Assembly: GCA_050747045.1 (NCBI GenBank)
Contig: JBOGNC010000001.1
Span: forward strand, 1-60,729
DNA: 60,729 nt
Direction of reading: 5' to 3'
From: Candidatus Acidiferrales bacterium
GTDB taxonomy: Bacteria > Acidobacteriota > Terriglobia > Acidiferrales > UBA7541
Shown here piece after piece: positions 10,959 to 19,647 of the stretch. The position numbers were made by a program, and so were the translations under genes. The first letter of the stretch is position 1; the number at the start of each line of letters is the position of its first letter. The notes under the pieces are model-generated. The model was not told where the DNA came from. It was given only the letters and a program-made list of their open reading frames with translations, and made no database searches.

Positions 10959-12257
10959 GTGAACGAACCCATTCAGGAAAAGACGCCCAAGCCGCCCGGC
11001 CTCGTGCCGAAGAACGTTCAATCGTGGCTTCTCATCAGCCTCGCTCTCTTGATGGTCGTCATCATGTGGGCGACAGGCGGAAAGAAGCGGCAACCCGCGA
11101 CCAAAATCGCTACCACAACGGTCCCCGCGCAGGCCCCGCTCGAAGTGAACCAAACGAGGATCAACGACCTCCAAAACCGCATCGAGGAACTACAGCGCCA
11201 GGAACTGGTCGCCCAAAATGCCCTCGCGCAGCAGGGCCGCTTGCTCGGAACGATGCCTCAGGGCTCCCAACCTGGTCAGCAATCGTCCACCTCGGGTAAT
11301 CAGCCATCGGAACGCACCGAAGATGCAATCCAGTCTGAGCAGAAAAGGCGTCGGTATCTCTCGCTGTTCGCGTCGAATGTCGCCCTGAGCTACCGCAAAT
11401 CTCCCGCTGCGGCGCAACCAGCGACGGAGGCAGAACCGGGCTCGAACCACACGACGGACACGCCTCGGCCTAAAGGTCCCGATGCCGCGCAACTCGCACA
11501 GCTTCTGAAAGAGACGCAGCCCCTTGCTTCTCTCCCAACGACGGCACCGCAGGCCGTTTCTTCCATCTCGGCCCCGGCGCAAAACGTTTCGCCGAAAACA
11601 GGCAGCGACCGAAAGGAGGAAACCCCACGCCCTGCCGCCGCGCCAAGTGGGACGCGCAACGCGGCGGCAGGGAAGACCTACATTCTCTTCGAAGGAACGA
11701 TTCTCGAAACTGTCCTCATCAACCGGCTCGACGGCTCGTTTTCCGGGCCTGTCGAGTGCCTGCTCACAAACGACGTTTACTCGCACGACCGGCAGCACCT
11801 GTTGATCCCGGCGGGAACGAAGGTTCTTGGCGAGGCAAAGAAAGTCGAAGCCCTCGGGCAAACTCGCCTCGCCGTTGTCTTCCACCGCCTTATTATGCCG
11901 GACGGATACTCCGTCAGCCTTGACCAGTTCAAGGGGCTCGACCAGATCGGCGACACAGGTCTACGAGACAAGGTAAACAACCATTACCTGCGACTCTTCG
12001 GCGTCTCACTTGCGATTGGGGCGCTTGGAGCCGTAGCCGAGGCTGGTACCGGCAGCGCACTCACTGCGTCTGGCACCGACATGATGCGCCAGGGATTCGC
12101 GTCGAGCACCGCCCAGTCCGCTTCCCAAATCCTCGACCGGTTCCTCAACGTCATGCCCACGATCACCATTCGCGAGGGCCATCGCGTGAAGGTTTATATC
12201 TCGGGGGATCTCGCTCTGCCCGATTACAAAAACCACACCATACCTTCGGATTTTTGA
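10959..12257 (+). CDS. virB10: T4SS protein VirB10/TrbI family
   Basis: 432 aa. One N-terminal TM helix, a Pro/Gln/Ala-rich linker and a C-terminal TrbI-like domain (ILFEGTILETVLINRLDGSFSGPVECLLTNDVYS...LIPAGTKVLGE...LIMPDGYSVSL). GTG start. Confidence 0.85.
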   Translation: MNEPIQEKTPKPPGLVPKNVQSWLLISLALLMVVIMWATGGKKRQPATKIATTTVPAQAPLEVNQTRINDLQNRIEELQRQELVAQNALAQQGRLLGTMPQGSQPGQQSSTSGNQPSERTEDAIQSEQKRRRYLSLFASNVALSYRKSPAAAQPATEAEPGSNHTTDTPRPKGPDAAQLAQLLKETQPLASLPTTAPQAVSSISAPAQNVSPKTGSDRKEETPRPAAAPSGTRNAAAGKTYILFEGTILETVLINRLDGSFSGPVECLLTNDVYSHDRQHLLIPAGTKVLGEAKKVEALGQTRLAVVFHRLIMPDGYSVSLDQFKGLDQIGDTGLRDKVNNHYLRLFGVSLAIGALGAVAEAGTGSALTASGTDMMRQGFASSTAQSASQILDRFLNVMPTITIREGHRVKVYISGDLALPDYKNHTIPSDF

Positions 12258-12272
12258 GAAAGGAGAACGACC

Positions 12273-13085
12273 ATGAAGAAAAAACTTTTTGCTTGCCTGC
12301 TCGCCATCGGGCTGTGCGTCGGAACCGCATCGGCACAGTTTGGATTCGGCATTGTGTACGACCCCACCAATTACAGTAACGCGCTTCTGCGCTATTACCA
12401 GCTCGAACAGCAGCTCGTTCAACTCAAAAACAGCTACGCCCAACTCGTCTCTCAATACAACCTCGCGCTGCAAATGTCCCGGAACATTCAGAATATGCCC
12501 GCGCGTTACCGCGCTCAGTTTTCCCAATGGAGAAACACAGCAGCGCAGGACACTTACGGCAACACAGCAGCGTGGATCACTGGCATCAACACCGGCAACC
12601 TCAGCGCGGGCTACCAGCAGGCGACGACCCAATTGCTTCAGTATAGCCCTAACGAACTGTCGGGCATGACACCCGATGAACTCGCGCGAGTGAAATCCCA
12701 ATACGCATCGGTCGAACTCGCGGACGGCGCAAACACGACGGCAATCGACACCATCGGCTCAATCCGTGGAGACTCTCAGAACATTCAGAATCAGATCACC
12801 AATCTCGAACAGGATTCGCTGTCCAATGAACCGAACCTCAATACGGAAGTCGCCGTCCTGAACAAGATCAACGCCTCGGGTGTACTCACCCTGCGCACGC
12901 TTCAGGATTCGAACAAGCTGCTCGCGTCGCTTCTCGAAGAGCAGACAATCATCGCCAAGCAGCAGCGCGAAGCGACAACCAACACGATCAACGCCGACAT
13001 CGAGCGCCGGGCAAGCCTCGCGGGAAACATGGCGCAGGTGACCGGCACGCTGACCGATTCACTTCAGAACTTCCGCATGCCGTGA
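12273..13085 (+). CDS. trbJ: TrbJ/VirB5-like conjugal transfer protein
   Basis: 270 aa. Signal peptide, then VYDPTNYSNALLRYYQLEQQLVQLKNSYAQL, a TrbJ-like helical N-terminus. Confidence 0.6.
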   Translation: MKKKLFACLLAIGLCVGTASAQFGFGIVYDPTNYSNALLRYYQLEQQLVQLKNSYAQLVSQYNLALQMSRNIQNMPARYRAQFSQWRNTAAQDTYGNTAAWITGINTGNLSAGYQQATTQLLQYSPNELSGMTPDELARVKSQYASVELADGANTTAIDTIGSIRGDSQNIQNQITNLEQDSLSNEPNLNTEVAVLNKINASGVLTLRTLQDSNKLLASLLEEQTIIAKQQREATTNTINADIERRASLAGNMAQVTGTLTDSLQNFRMP

Positions 13086-13126
13086 CGCGGGCATGGGAAG
13101 CCGACCCACTGTGGAAGGAGCCGACG

Positions 13127-13963
13127 ATGCAAACTGACTTCCTGCAGTTCATCTTTCAGGCCATCAACAATCTGCTCACTCAGAACCTCGGCTTCTTCGA
13201 CACCATGGGCCAGAACCTGTTCCGGTCCTTCGCCACCATCCTTGTGGTCTGGTACGGCGTCAAGTCCGCGCTGTCCGCCGCCAGCGGCAGGCATTTTCTC
13301 CACTTTGACAACTTTGCGAGTCTTCTGCTCACCATCAGCTTCGGTTTCGCGATGGTCAATTACTACAGCACTCCCATCCCCGGCATCGGCACCAGCTTCC
13401 ACAATCTCATCACCGATGAAGCCCAATTCCTTGCGAACCAGATCAATCAGAACGAGCTACAGACCGTTGTCGCGCGCGTGGCCGATTTTGAAACGCGGCT
13501 CTCTTCCCCCGGTGTAGCGGACTTCCTGGGGACTCTCATCTATGTTGCTGTCACCATCCTGCTCGCGGCGGCCCAGGCCATCGCCATCGTCGTCATCGCC
13601 TACGGATTCATCGCCACCGCTGTTTGTGTTCTCGTGGGGCCAGTCTTCATACCTTTCTTTATCGTTCCGAAACTCGAATGGCTGTTCTGGGGCTGGTTTC
13701 GATGCTTCATCCAATATGCCTTCTACCAGGTCATCGCGGCGGCTGTTGTCTACGTCATTGGCAACCTCATTCTTGGAGTTCTCCGCCTGCCCCCCGGCGG
13801 GACCATTTCCACGGTCGAACTCATGGGCTGGTTTCCGGTCTTGTTCATCACGTTTCTCGCTTCAATCTACGTGCTTTTGAAGGTTCCCTCCTTGACCAAC
13901 CACATCTTCAGCGGAACATCCGGCGGCTCTTCGGCAGCAATTCTGGAAAGGGTATTCGGATGA
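13127..13963 (+). CDS. virB6: T4SS inner-membrane protein VirB6/TrbL family
   Basis: Polytopic membrane protein with at least 5 hydrophobic helices. ATG 13127 is preceded by GGAAGGAG. Position after trbJ is typical. Confidence 0.7.
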   Translation: MQTDFLQFIFQAINNLLTQNLGFFDTMGQNLFRSFATILVVWYGVKSALSAASGRHFLHFDNFASLLLTISFGFAMVNYYSTPIPGIGTSFHNLITDEAQFLANQINQNELQTVVARVADFETRLSSPGVADFLGTLIYVAVTILLAAAQAIAIVVIAYGFIATAVCVLVGPVFIPFFIVPKLEWLFWGWFRCFIQYAFYQVIAAAVVYVIGNLILGVLRLPPGGTISTVELMGWFPVLFITFLASIYVLLKVPSLTNHIFSGTSGGSSAAILERVFG

Positions 13964-14631
13964 ACAACCACGCCAGCTTTCACAATGCCAAGCGGCTCTA
14001 TCTCGAACAGTACGGTGATCCCATGGTGACGAACACCTATCTCAAGATTGCGCTCGTTCTCGTCTGTCTTGTGGCCATCGGCTTGGCCCTCATGGACTTG
14101 CGCACCATTCGGACGTTCCAGGACTTTCGGCCCCTAGTCATCCGCATCGACAAGCTGGGGCGGGCCGAAGCGCTCAACTATCACGATTTTGATTACAAGC
14201 CCCAAGACGCCGAGGTGCGGTACTTCCTGACCCAGTTCTGCACGCTCTACTATCGCCGGAACCGCTACACAATCCAGGACGATTTCTCGAAGTCGCTCTA
14301 CTTCCTCGACGGGAACCTCGCGAACAGCGTCATGGATGCTTACAAGAAGGGCGACATCATCAAGAACTTTCTCACGAACCCCTCAGCGCCCGAGATCGAC
14401 ATTGCCGTTCAAAACGTGGCCCTCGAAGGGTTGCAGAACCCGCCCTATCGCGCCCGCGTGGATTTCGACATGGTTTATTACTCGCCCGTGGATCACAGCG
14501 AGATCAAGCGCGACCTCTATACCGCCAACTTCGTCTTCGTTTTCAGGAGCCAGGTTCCCAACGCACTCATCCCCATCAATCCGCTGGGAATGACGATCAC
14601 CTACTTCCGCGAGGACGAGGCGTTCAAATGA
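13960..14631 (+). CDS. virB8: T4SS protein VirB8 family
   Basis: 223 aa from the in-frame ATG at 13960 (ATGA overlap with the virB6 stop). One TM helix (IALVLVCLVAIGLALM) and an NTF2-like periplasmic domain ending NPLGMTITYFRED. Confidence 0.75.
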   Translation: MNNHASFHNAKRLYLEQYGDPMVTNTYLKIALVLVCLVAIGLALMDLRTIRTFQDFRPLVIRIDKLGRAEALNYHDFDYKPQDAEVRYFLTQFCTLYYRRNRYTIQDDFSKSLYFLDGNLANSVMDAYKKGDIIKNFLTNPSAPEIDIAVQNVALEGLQNPPYRARVDFDMVYYSPVDHSEIKRDLYTANFVFVFRSQVPNALIPINPLGMTITYFREDEAFK

Positions 14632-14918
14632 AAAACAGGGTTCGCTTCCTTCGAAGAGAAAAACACTGGTCTCAAGAAGAACTGGCGGCGCGCGTTGGTG
14701 TTTCCCGAGAGTGCATCGAGGCCATCGAGAAAGAACGATTCCTGCCCAGCATCACGCTCGCCTACAACATTGCCTTCGCGCTCGAACACTATGTGCTCGC
14801 AGTCTTTCCAGCCCAGAGACAGCCTCCAGGGCCCTCGCCAGACTCCTCCGGGCTTCACCCCGAACGCCCGAGGGCGCAGTCGAGAGAAGCCGCATTCCAC
14901 TCGGGAGCTTTGAAATGA
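14628..14918 (+). CDS. XRE (Cro/CI) family HTH transcriptional regulator
   Basis: 96 aa with FLRREKHWSQEELAARVGVSRECIEAIEKERFLPSITLAYNIAFAL. ATGA overlaps at both ends. Confidence 0.8.
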   Translation: MKNRVRFLRREKHWSQEELAARVGVSRECIEAIEKERFLPSITLAYNIAFALEHYVLAVFPAQRQPPGPSPDSSGLHPERPRAQSREAAFHSGALK

Positions 14919-15205
14919 TTGCCAACGCACTGATCGTCACCATTGCCATCCTGCTTGCCCTCGGCTTCTGGCTCATGGGCGAACTGACGTTCCTCATCCC
15001 GTACAGATCGGTCCTTTACCACCAGTACGGCACTGTGCTCCTTGCGTGGATTGCTGTCGTGTTCGTGAATGTCTTCGCAGCGATGTACGCCATCCATCGC
15101 AAGTTCTTCCTAAAGGACACGGGCAGGAAACTATCGCATGTGGACAAACAGCTTTTGGCGGGCCATTCGCCGGTACCGCCTCCGATGGTGGATGAAGACC
15201 ACTGA
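14915..15205 (+). CDS. small membrane protein
   Basis: 96 aa from the in-frame ATG at 14915, translationally coupled to the XRE gene. Two TM helices (ALIVTIAILLALGFWLM; VLLAWIAVVFVNVFAAMY). Confidence 0.45.
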   Translation: MIANALIVTIAILLALGFWLMGELTFLIPYRSVLYHQYGTVLLAWIAVVFVNVFAAMYAIHRKFFLKDTGRKLSHVDKQLLAGHSPVPPPMVDEDH

Positions 15206-15206
15206 A

Positions 15207-16127
15207 ATGGCTCGTGATTTCACGCCCGGTGAATTCGAGGATCTCCGCGACGTACAGTCCGTCCCGCGCAACCGAACGCTTGACGGGGGAACGCGGGAAC
15301 CGCAGCGACCGCGAATCCCGGATCGAAATCCCCAGGACGACCGGGACCCCGAAAGCATCCGCAATCTCCATCCCCCCGACCCGCGCTTTTATGACAACCC
15401 CAGCCTATTCCGGGGCCGGGACCGTGATTATCGGTTACGTCGGTATGAAGAACATGCTCTGGCCGACATTGGAAGGTTCCGCGTCGTAGCCACCGAAGAC
15501 CTAGCGAAATACCTCTACGAGGGCCATAGCGTCGAGCTGGAACGCGACTTGCGCAGTCTGGCGCGACAGGGGCTGATCCACCACAAAGCATTTGAAGGCT
15601 CCGATGGAAGCACCCGCGAATTGTTCACTCTCACAAAGGCTGGTTACCGTCTGTTACGCGCACACCATGTGCTTCCCGAAACCCAATCGGCCTACCACGG
15701 ATTCGTCACGCCGAAAGAAGCAAACCACGACGCCGACATATACCGGGTCTATCAGATAGAGGGTCGGCGAATCTCTCGCGGCGGCGGCAGGAAGTTCCGA
15801 GTGATTCTCGATTTCGAGCTGAAGCGGAAGCTCAACCGGGATTTCGCGACGTTTGGCAAGGAATCGCAGCAAGAGATCGCGGCGCGTCACGGCCTCAGAG
15901 TTGTGAACGGAAAAATCCCCGTCCCCGACCTTCGAATTGAATACGAGACACCCGAGGGAGCCATGGCCCGTGTGGACCTCGAACTTGCCACCGAACACTA
16001 TCGCCCGCGCCAGTTGGCCGAGAAAGTTCGCGCGGGCTTCTCCCTGTACGCGCCGCGCAGCGAAGCCGACCGTCTCCGCCGTGTGCTCGATCAGCGCGAC
16101 CTGACTGCGGAGATTTTGAGCCTATGA
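15207..16127 (+). CDS. Replic_Relax (replication-relaxation) family protein
   Basis: Winged-helix N-terminal part (RFRVVATEDLAKYLYEGHSVELERDLRSLARQGLI...FTLTKAGYRLL), then HDADIY and ILDFELK motifs suggesting a nuclease-like core. The ATG at 15207 follows the upstream stop. Confidence 0.6.
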   Translation: MARDFTPGEFEDLRDVQSVPRNRTLDGGTREPQRPRIPDRNPQDDRDPESIRNLHPPDPRFYDNPSLFRGRDRDYRLRRYEEHALADIGRFRVVATEDLAKYLYEGHSVELERDLRSLARQGLIHHKAFEGSDGSTRELFTLTKAGYRLLRAHHVLPETQSAYHGFVTPKEANHDADIYRVYQIEGRRISRGGGRKFRVILDFELKRKLNRDFATFGKESQQEIAARHGLRVVNGKIPVPDLRIEYETPEGAMARVDLELATEHYRPRQLAEKVRAGFSLYAPRSEADRLRRVLDQRDLTAEILSL

Positions 16128-17164
16128 GAATCGAAGTGCATGATATCGCTGCCATCAAAGCCCTTGGCTACACCGAGGACGAAGCACGTTTCCTATATAT
16201 CGTCGCAACCCATTCGGGATATTTCGTTCCACGTCAGTTCATCCTATTTGCCAATGTCGAGTGGGGCAAGCGATCCGCCAAATTCGCCCACAAGCTTGAG
16301 TGCCGTGGACATGCCTGCTGGCAGGAATACCAGGACGCGGGCCGTGTCTATCACCTCTTTTCCAAGGCGATTTACAGCGCGATTGGGAAGGAAAATCTAC
16401 GCAACCGCCGCAGGCACTCGCCGGAATTCATCAGGACCCGGCTCGTCCTGCTTGATTTCGTCATTGCGAATCAACAGCACGACTATCTCGAAACGGAACA
16501 GCAAAAGGTCCAGTATTTCTGCGAGCAGCTTGGACTCTCGAAGAAGAGCCTTCCAACCAAGGCATACGAGGGCTCGCGACCTAGCGAACCAACACTACGA
16601 TATTTCGTCGACAAATACCCACTGTTCCTCGATTCCTCCCGTGCCTCTTCCTCCCCTGTGCTCACCCTCTCTTTTGTGGACCCAGGACACGCTAGCATTA
16701 AGGCATTCGCGACGCACCTCGACGCATACGGGCAACTCTTCCGGCAAGTAAACGAATTCCGCTTTCTGTACATATCGAATTCCACGGCCAATTTCACTCG
16801 GGCAGAGGGCTGCTTTTCGGAACGGGTTGTGTTCGCGCTTTCGAGTGATATTTCTGGCGAGATTCTCCGCTACTTCCGGCTTCGGAAAGCCTGGGACCTT
16901 AAGAAGTACGCCCTGTTCTCGAACGACCAGATCGAATCGCTGAACGACGCAGCGAAGCGTTTTCACGGTGAGCGGTTCGAAGGACTGTACTCCGCTTGGT
17001 CATCGGAGCGATTAAGCGCCGATGAAATCCGGCGCGAATTTTCCCAAACCGAACCACATCGCAACGTGGGTTTCGCAACCTACCTCGCGCGCGAAAATCG
17101 TTTTCCCATGAGCAGTCTGAAAGAAGGGGGTGAAGTGGACTTCACCCCGGTACTTCACCGTTGA
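16124..17164 (+). CDS. hypothetical protein, possibly a second Replic_Relax-like paralogue
   Basis: 346 aa. ATGA overlap with the upstream gene and a similar N-terminal layout (LGYTEDEARFLYIVATHSGYFVPRQF...KLECRGHA...YHLFSKAIYSAIG...HSPEFIRTRLVLLDFVIAN). Confidence 0.45.
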   Translation: MRIEVHDIAAIKALGYTEDEARFLYIVATHSGYFVPRQFILFANVEWGKRSAKFAHKLECRGHACWQEYQDAGRVYHLFSKAIYSAIGKENLRNRRRHSPEFIRTRLVLLDFVIANQQHDYLETEQQKVQYFCEQLGLSKKSLPTKAYEGSRPSEPTLRYFVDKYPLFLDSSRASSSPVLTLSFVDPGHASIKAFATHLDAYGQLFRQVNEFRFLYISNSTANFTRAEGCFSERVVFALSSDISGEILRYFRLRKAWDLKKYALFSNDQIESLNDAAKRFHGERFEGLYSAWSSERLSADEIRREFSQTEPHRNVGFATYLARENRFPMSSLKEGGEVDFTPVLHR

Positions 17165-17331
17165 TTTTCGGTCGCTTCACCCTCGCGGTGAAGCGAAGTG
17201 GCAGTGAAGGACAGAGATATACCGTGAAGAGAAAGCCCGGAAGGACGCGGCCAAATTCGGATGAGGCGGGAGCGACCCCACCCTCTGACGCACCGGGCGT
17301 CACGGGAATTCGTGGGGTCGCTCCCGCCTCA
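17127..17331. repeat. iteron and inverted-repeat cluster; candidate oriT or relaxosome binding region
   Basis: Heptamer GGTGAAG/CTTCACC occurs at 17129, 17140, 17153, 17175 and 17187, with degenerate copies at 17203 and 17223. These form hairpins at 17127-17148 and 17172-17196. There is also a perfect 20-bp inverted repeat, 17262-17281 with 17312-17331. Confidence 0.5.
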
Positions 17332-17410
17332 GGGCGCATTGAACTTGCGCCATTGGTTTTAGCCGCGTCCCGGATTTCGACCAAGCAAGTAACCACAGGA
17401 GGAAAGGAAA

Positions 17411-17653
17411 ATGCCTTACATCAAGAAACCACCCGAGTTGGTTAGCCGTTCGATCAAGCTGGAACAGCCCGTCAGCGAGCTGCTCGACGACTACTCACGA
17501 TTCGTTGAATGCACGCCCGACCATGTCGCGAACTACGTCCTGAAAAAGCTTCTCTGGAGAGACCCCGAATACAGAAAGTGGCGGGCTGACCATCGAAGCG
17601 CCGCGCAGGTCAAGCCAGCCAGTGACGCAGCGGCAGTTCGGAAAACCGCATGA
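17411..17653 (+). CDS. small hypothetical protein (possible relaxosome accessory factor)
   Basis: 80 aa with a GGAGGAAAGG SD upstream and an ATGA overlap with the coupling-protein gene. No family recognised. Confidence 0.45.
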   Translation: MPYIKKPPELVSRSIKLEQPVSELLDDYSRFVECTPDHVANYVLKKLLWRDPEYRKWRADHRSAAQVKPASDAAAVRKTA

Positions 17654-19647
17654 TTCAGCGCGTACTCAACTCAAAGAATTTCGTCGCCTGTCTGCTAGCG
17701 GCAGCCACGGGAATGGTCCTTTATATAAGGATGCCGTTCCCCGAGGGGAATCTCTTCTTCGAACTCATGTTTCTATGGGCGCGGCCCGTGTTCTTGGGCT
17801 TCAAGTACTCCTACATCGTTTTCCTCTACACCACGCCTTACATCGCCTACTCGATTCTGCTCTCGGGTCTCTACATCTTCGCCCTCAAGATTCCACAACG
17901 CATCAGGCCAGGGCGCTTGCCTGCATATCCCGACCCCCGCAAGCGCAGCGCCCTGTCCCTCGTGATCGGCGAAATCCACAACCCCCGTAAACCTGTCCCG
18001 GCAGCGGCTCCTCATTGGTTGATCGTGCCCGAGCGCGGGCTGTTCACCGGAATCGCGATTTTCGGAGCGGTAGGGACCGGCAAAACGAGTGGCTGCATGT
18101 ACCCCTTCGCGGAGCAGATTCTTGCCTATTGTGCTGGCGACGAAGGAAAGAAGATTGGCGGCCTCGTTCTCGAAGTGAAAGGCGACTTCTGCCACAGGAT
18201 CAAGGAGATTCTCGCGCGCCACGGGAGGGCGGACGATTACATCGAGATCAGCCTCGACTCCCAATACCGTTACAACCCGCTTCACAACGACCTTGACGCC
18301 TATGCTCTCGCTTACAGCATCGCTTCGCTCCTGAACAATCTCTTCGGCAAAGGCAAGGAACCGTTCTGGCAACAGGCATACACGAACCTGGTCAAATTCA
18401 TCATCCTCCTGCACAAGATTGCCTACGATTACGTCACCCTGTTCGATGTCTATGAGTCCGCCATTTCTCCTGACGTTTTGGAGAAGAAGATTCAGGATGC
18501 TGAGCGGCGGCTTGAAGAACGCTATTTTCTGCTCGTGTCCGGCCCCGACTACAGAACCCACTTCGACGGCCTGAAACTCTTCGAGTTCTCGCTCGATGAA
18601 TCCACTGAGATGTACCGGGCCAAAGACACTCCTGGAGCGCGGCGCTTTCTGCAGAGCAAATCCATAGATTGCGAATATTTGAGCGAAGCAGGATTCGATA
18701 AGGCCGATCCCGACCGGCTCGAACAACTGCAAGCCGTCAAGCGCTGGTTCTACAACGACTGGCGGCGCATCGAGCCGAAGCTGCGGACTTCCATCGTCGA
18801 AGGCATCTCCGTATTCCTGTCGCTTTTTGACGACAACCCGGCGGTCAAGAGAACGTTCTGCCCGCCGCCAGAGTGCTACGACCCGAGGGCCAACGCTGAC
18901 TCCCGCTTCGGCAAGCCCCTGCCATCGTTCAGTTGGCTGATCGAGAGCGGGAAGGTCTGCTGCCTGAATTTCCCCACCGGCATGAACCCCGGTCTGGCGA
19001 AGGCCCTCGGCGTCATGATGAAGCTCGATTTCGAGCGGGCCGTGGTGAATCGCGTTCCCATGATCGAAGCCAACAAGGACAGGTACTTCCGCCAGGTTCT
19101 CTTTCTTTGCGACGAATATCAACATTTCGCCACTGTTGGCGAAAATGAGCCGACCGGCGACGAAAAGTTCTTCAGTCTCTCCCGTCAGCCCAAATGCATC
19201 CCCATCATCGCCACCCAGAGCATTAGCTCACTGAAATCGGCGCTCCCCGGAGAGACTTGGCGAACGCTGATTCAGACGTTCCGCACGAAGATATTCCTGG
19301 CGCTCTCGGACGACTTCTCGGCCCGCACCGCAAGCGAGCTCTGCGGACGCGAAGACCAGCTCAAGGTTAGCTACAACCTTTCCGAAAGCGGACACGATGC
19401 GCGGGTCAGCCTGCTCACCGGCAAGGCCATCTCGCATAAAGCGAACATCACCGCCTCGAAGAGTTACTACCCCCAGTCCGACTTCCGGTTTGACATGAAG
19501 ACATTCACCGAACTCAAGAACGCGCAGTCCATCGCCATCGCGTACGACGGATTCAATCCGATGCCGCCGACCTTCTGTTACCTGAAGCCTTATTTCAACG
19601 ACCCCAACAAGCCCTATTTCAAACAGGTCGCCGATGGCGAGTTATGA
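17650..19647 (+). CDS. virD4: type IV coupling protein (VirD4/TraG/TraD-like)
   Basis: 665 aa. N-terminal TM helices, Walker A GAVGTGKTSG and Walker B LFLCDEYQHF. Confidence 0.85.
   Translation: MIQRVLNSKNFVACLLAAATGMVLYIRMPFPEGNLFFELMFLWARPVFLGFKYSYIVFLYTTPYIAYSILLSGLYIFALKIPQRIRPGRLPAYPDPRKRSALSLVIGEIHNPRKPVPAAAPHWLIVPERGLFTGIAIFGAVGTGKTSGCMYPFAEQILAYCAGDEGKKIGGLVLEVKGDFCHRIKEILARHGRADDYIEISLDSQYRYNPLHNDLDAYALAYSIASLLNNLFGKGKEPFWQQAYTNLVKFIILLHKIAYDYVTLFDVYESAISPDVLEKKIQDAERRLEERYFLLVSGPDYRTHFDGLKLFEFSLDESTEMYRAKDTPGARRFLQSKSIDCEYLSEAGFDKADPDRLEQLQAVKRWFYNDWRRIEPKLRTSIVEGISVFLSLFDDNPAVKRTFCPPPECYDPRANADSRFGKPLPSFSWLIESGKVCCLNFPTGMNPGLAKALGVMMKLDFERAVVNRVPMIEANKDRYFRQVLFLCDEYQHFATVGENEPTGDEKFFSLSRQPKCIPIIATQSISSLKSALPGETWRTLIQTFRTKIFLALSDDFSARTASELCGREDQLKVSYNLSESGHDARVSLLTGKAISHKANITASKSYYPQSDFRFDMKTFTELKNAQSIAIAYDGFNPMPPTFCYLKPYFNDPNKPYFKQVADGEL

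Noticed and set aside
17773-19125. 450-aa ORF on the minus strand, the longest unassigned ORF in the track
   Set aside because: It lies entirely antisense to the coupling-protein gene, which has clear Walker A/B motifs. The translation is Arg/Gly/Ala/Val-rich with no motifs, as expected for a shadow ORF in GC-rich DNA.
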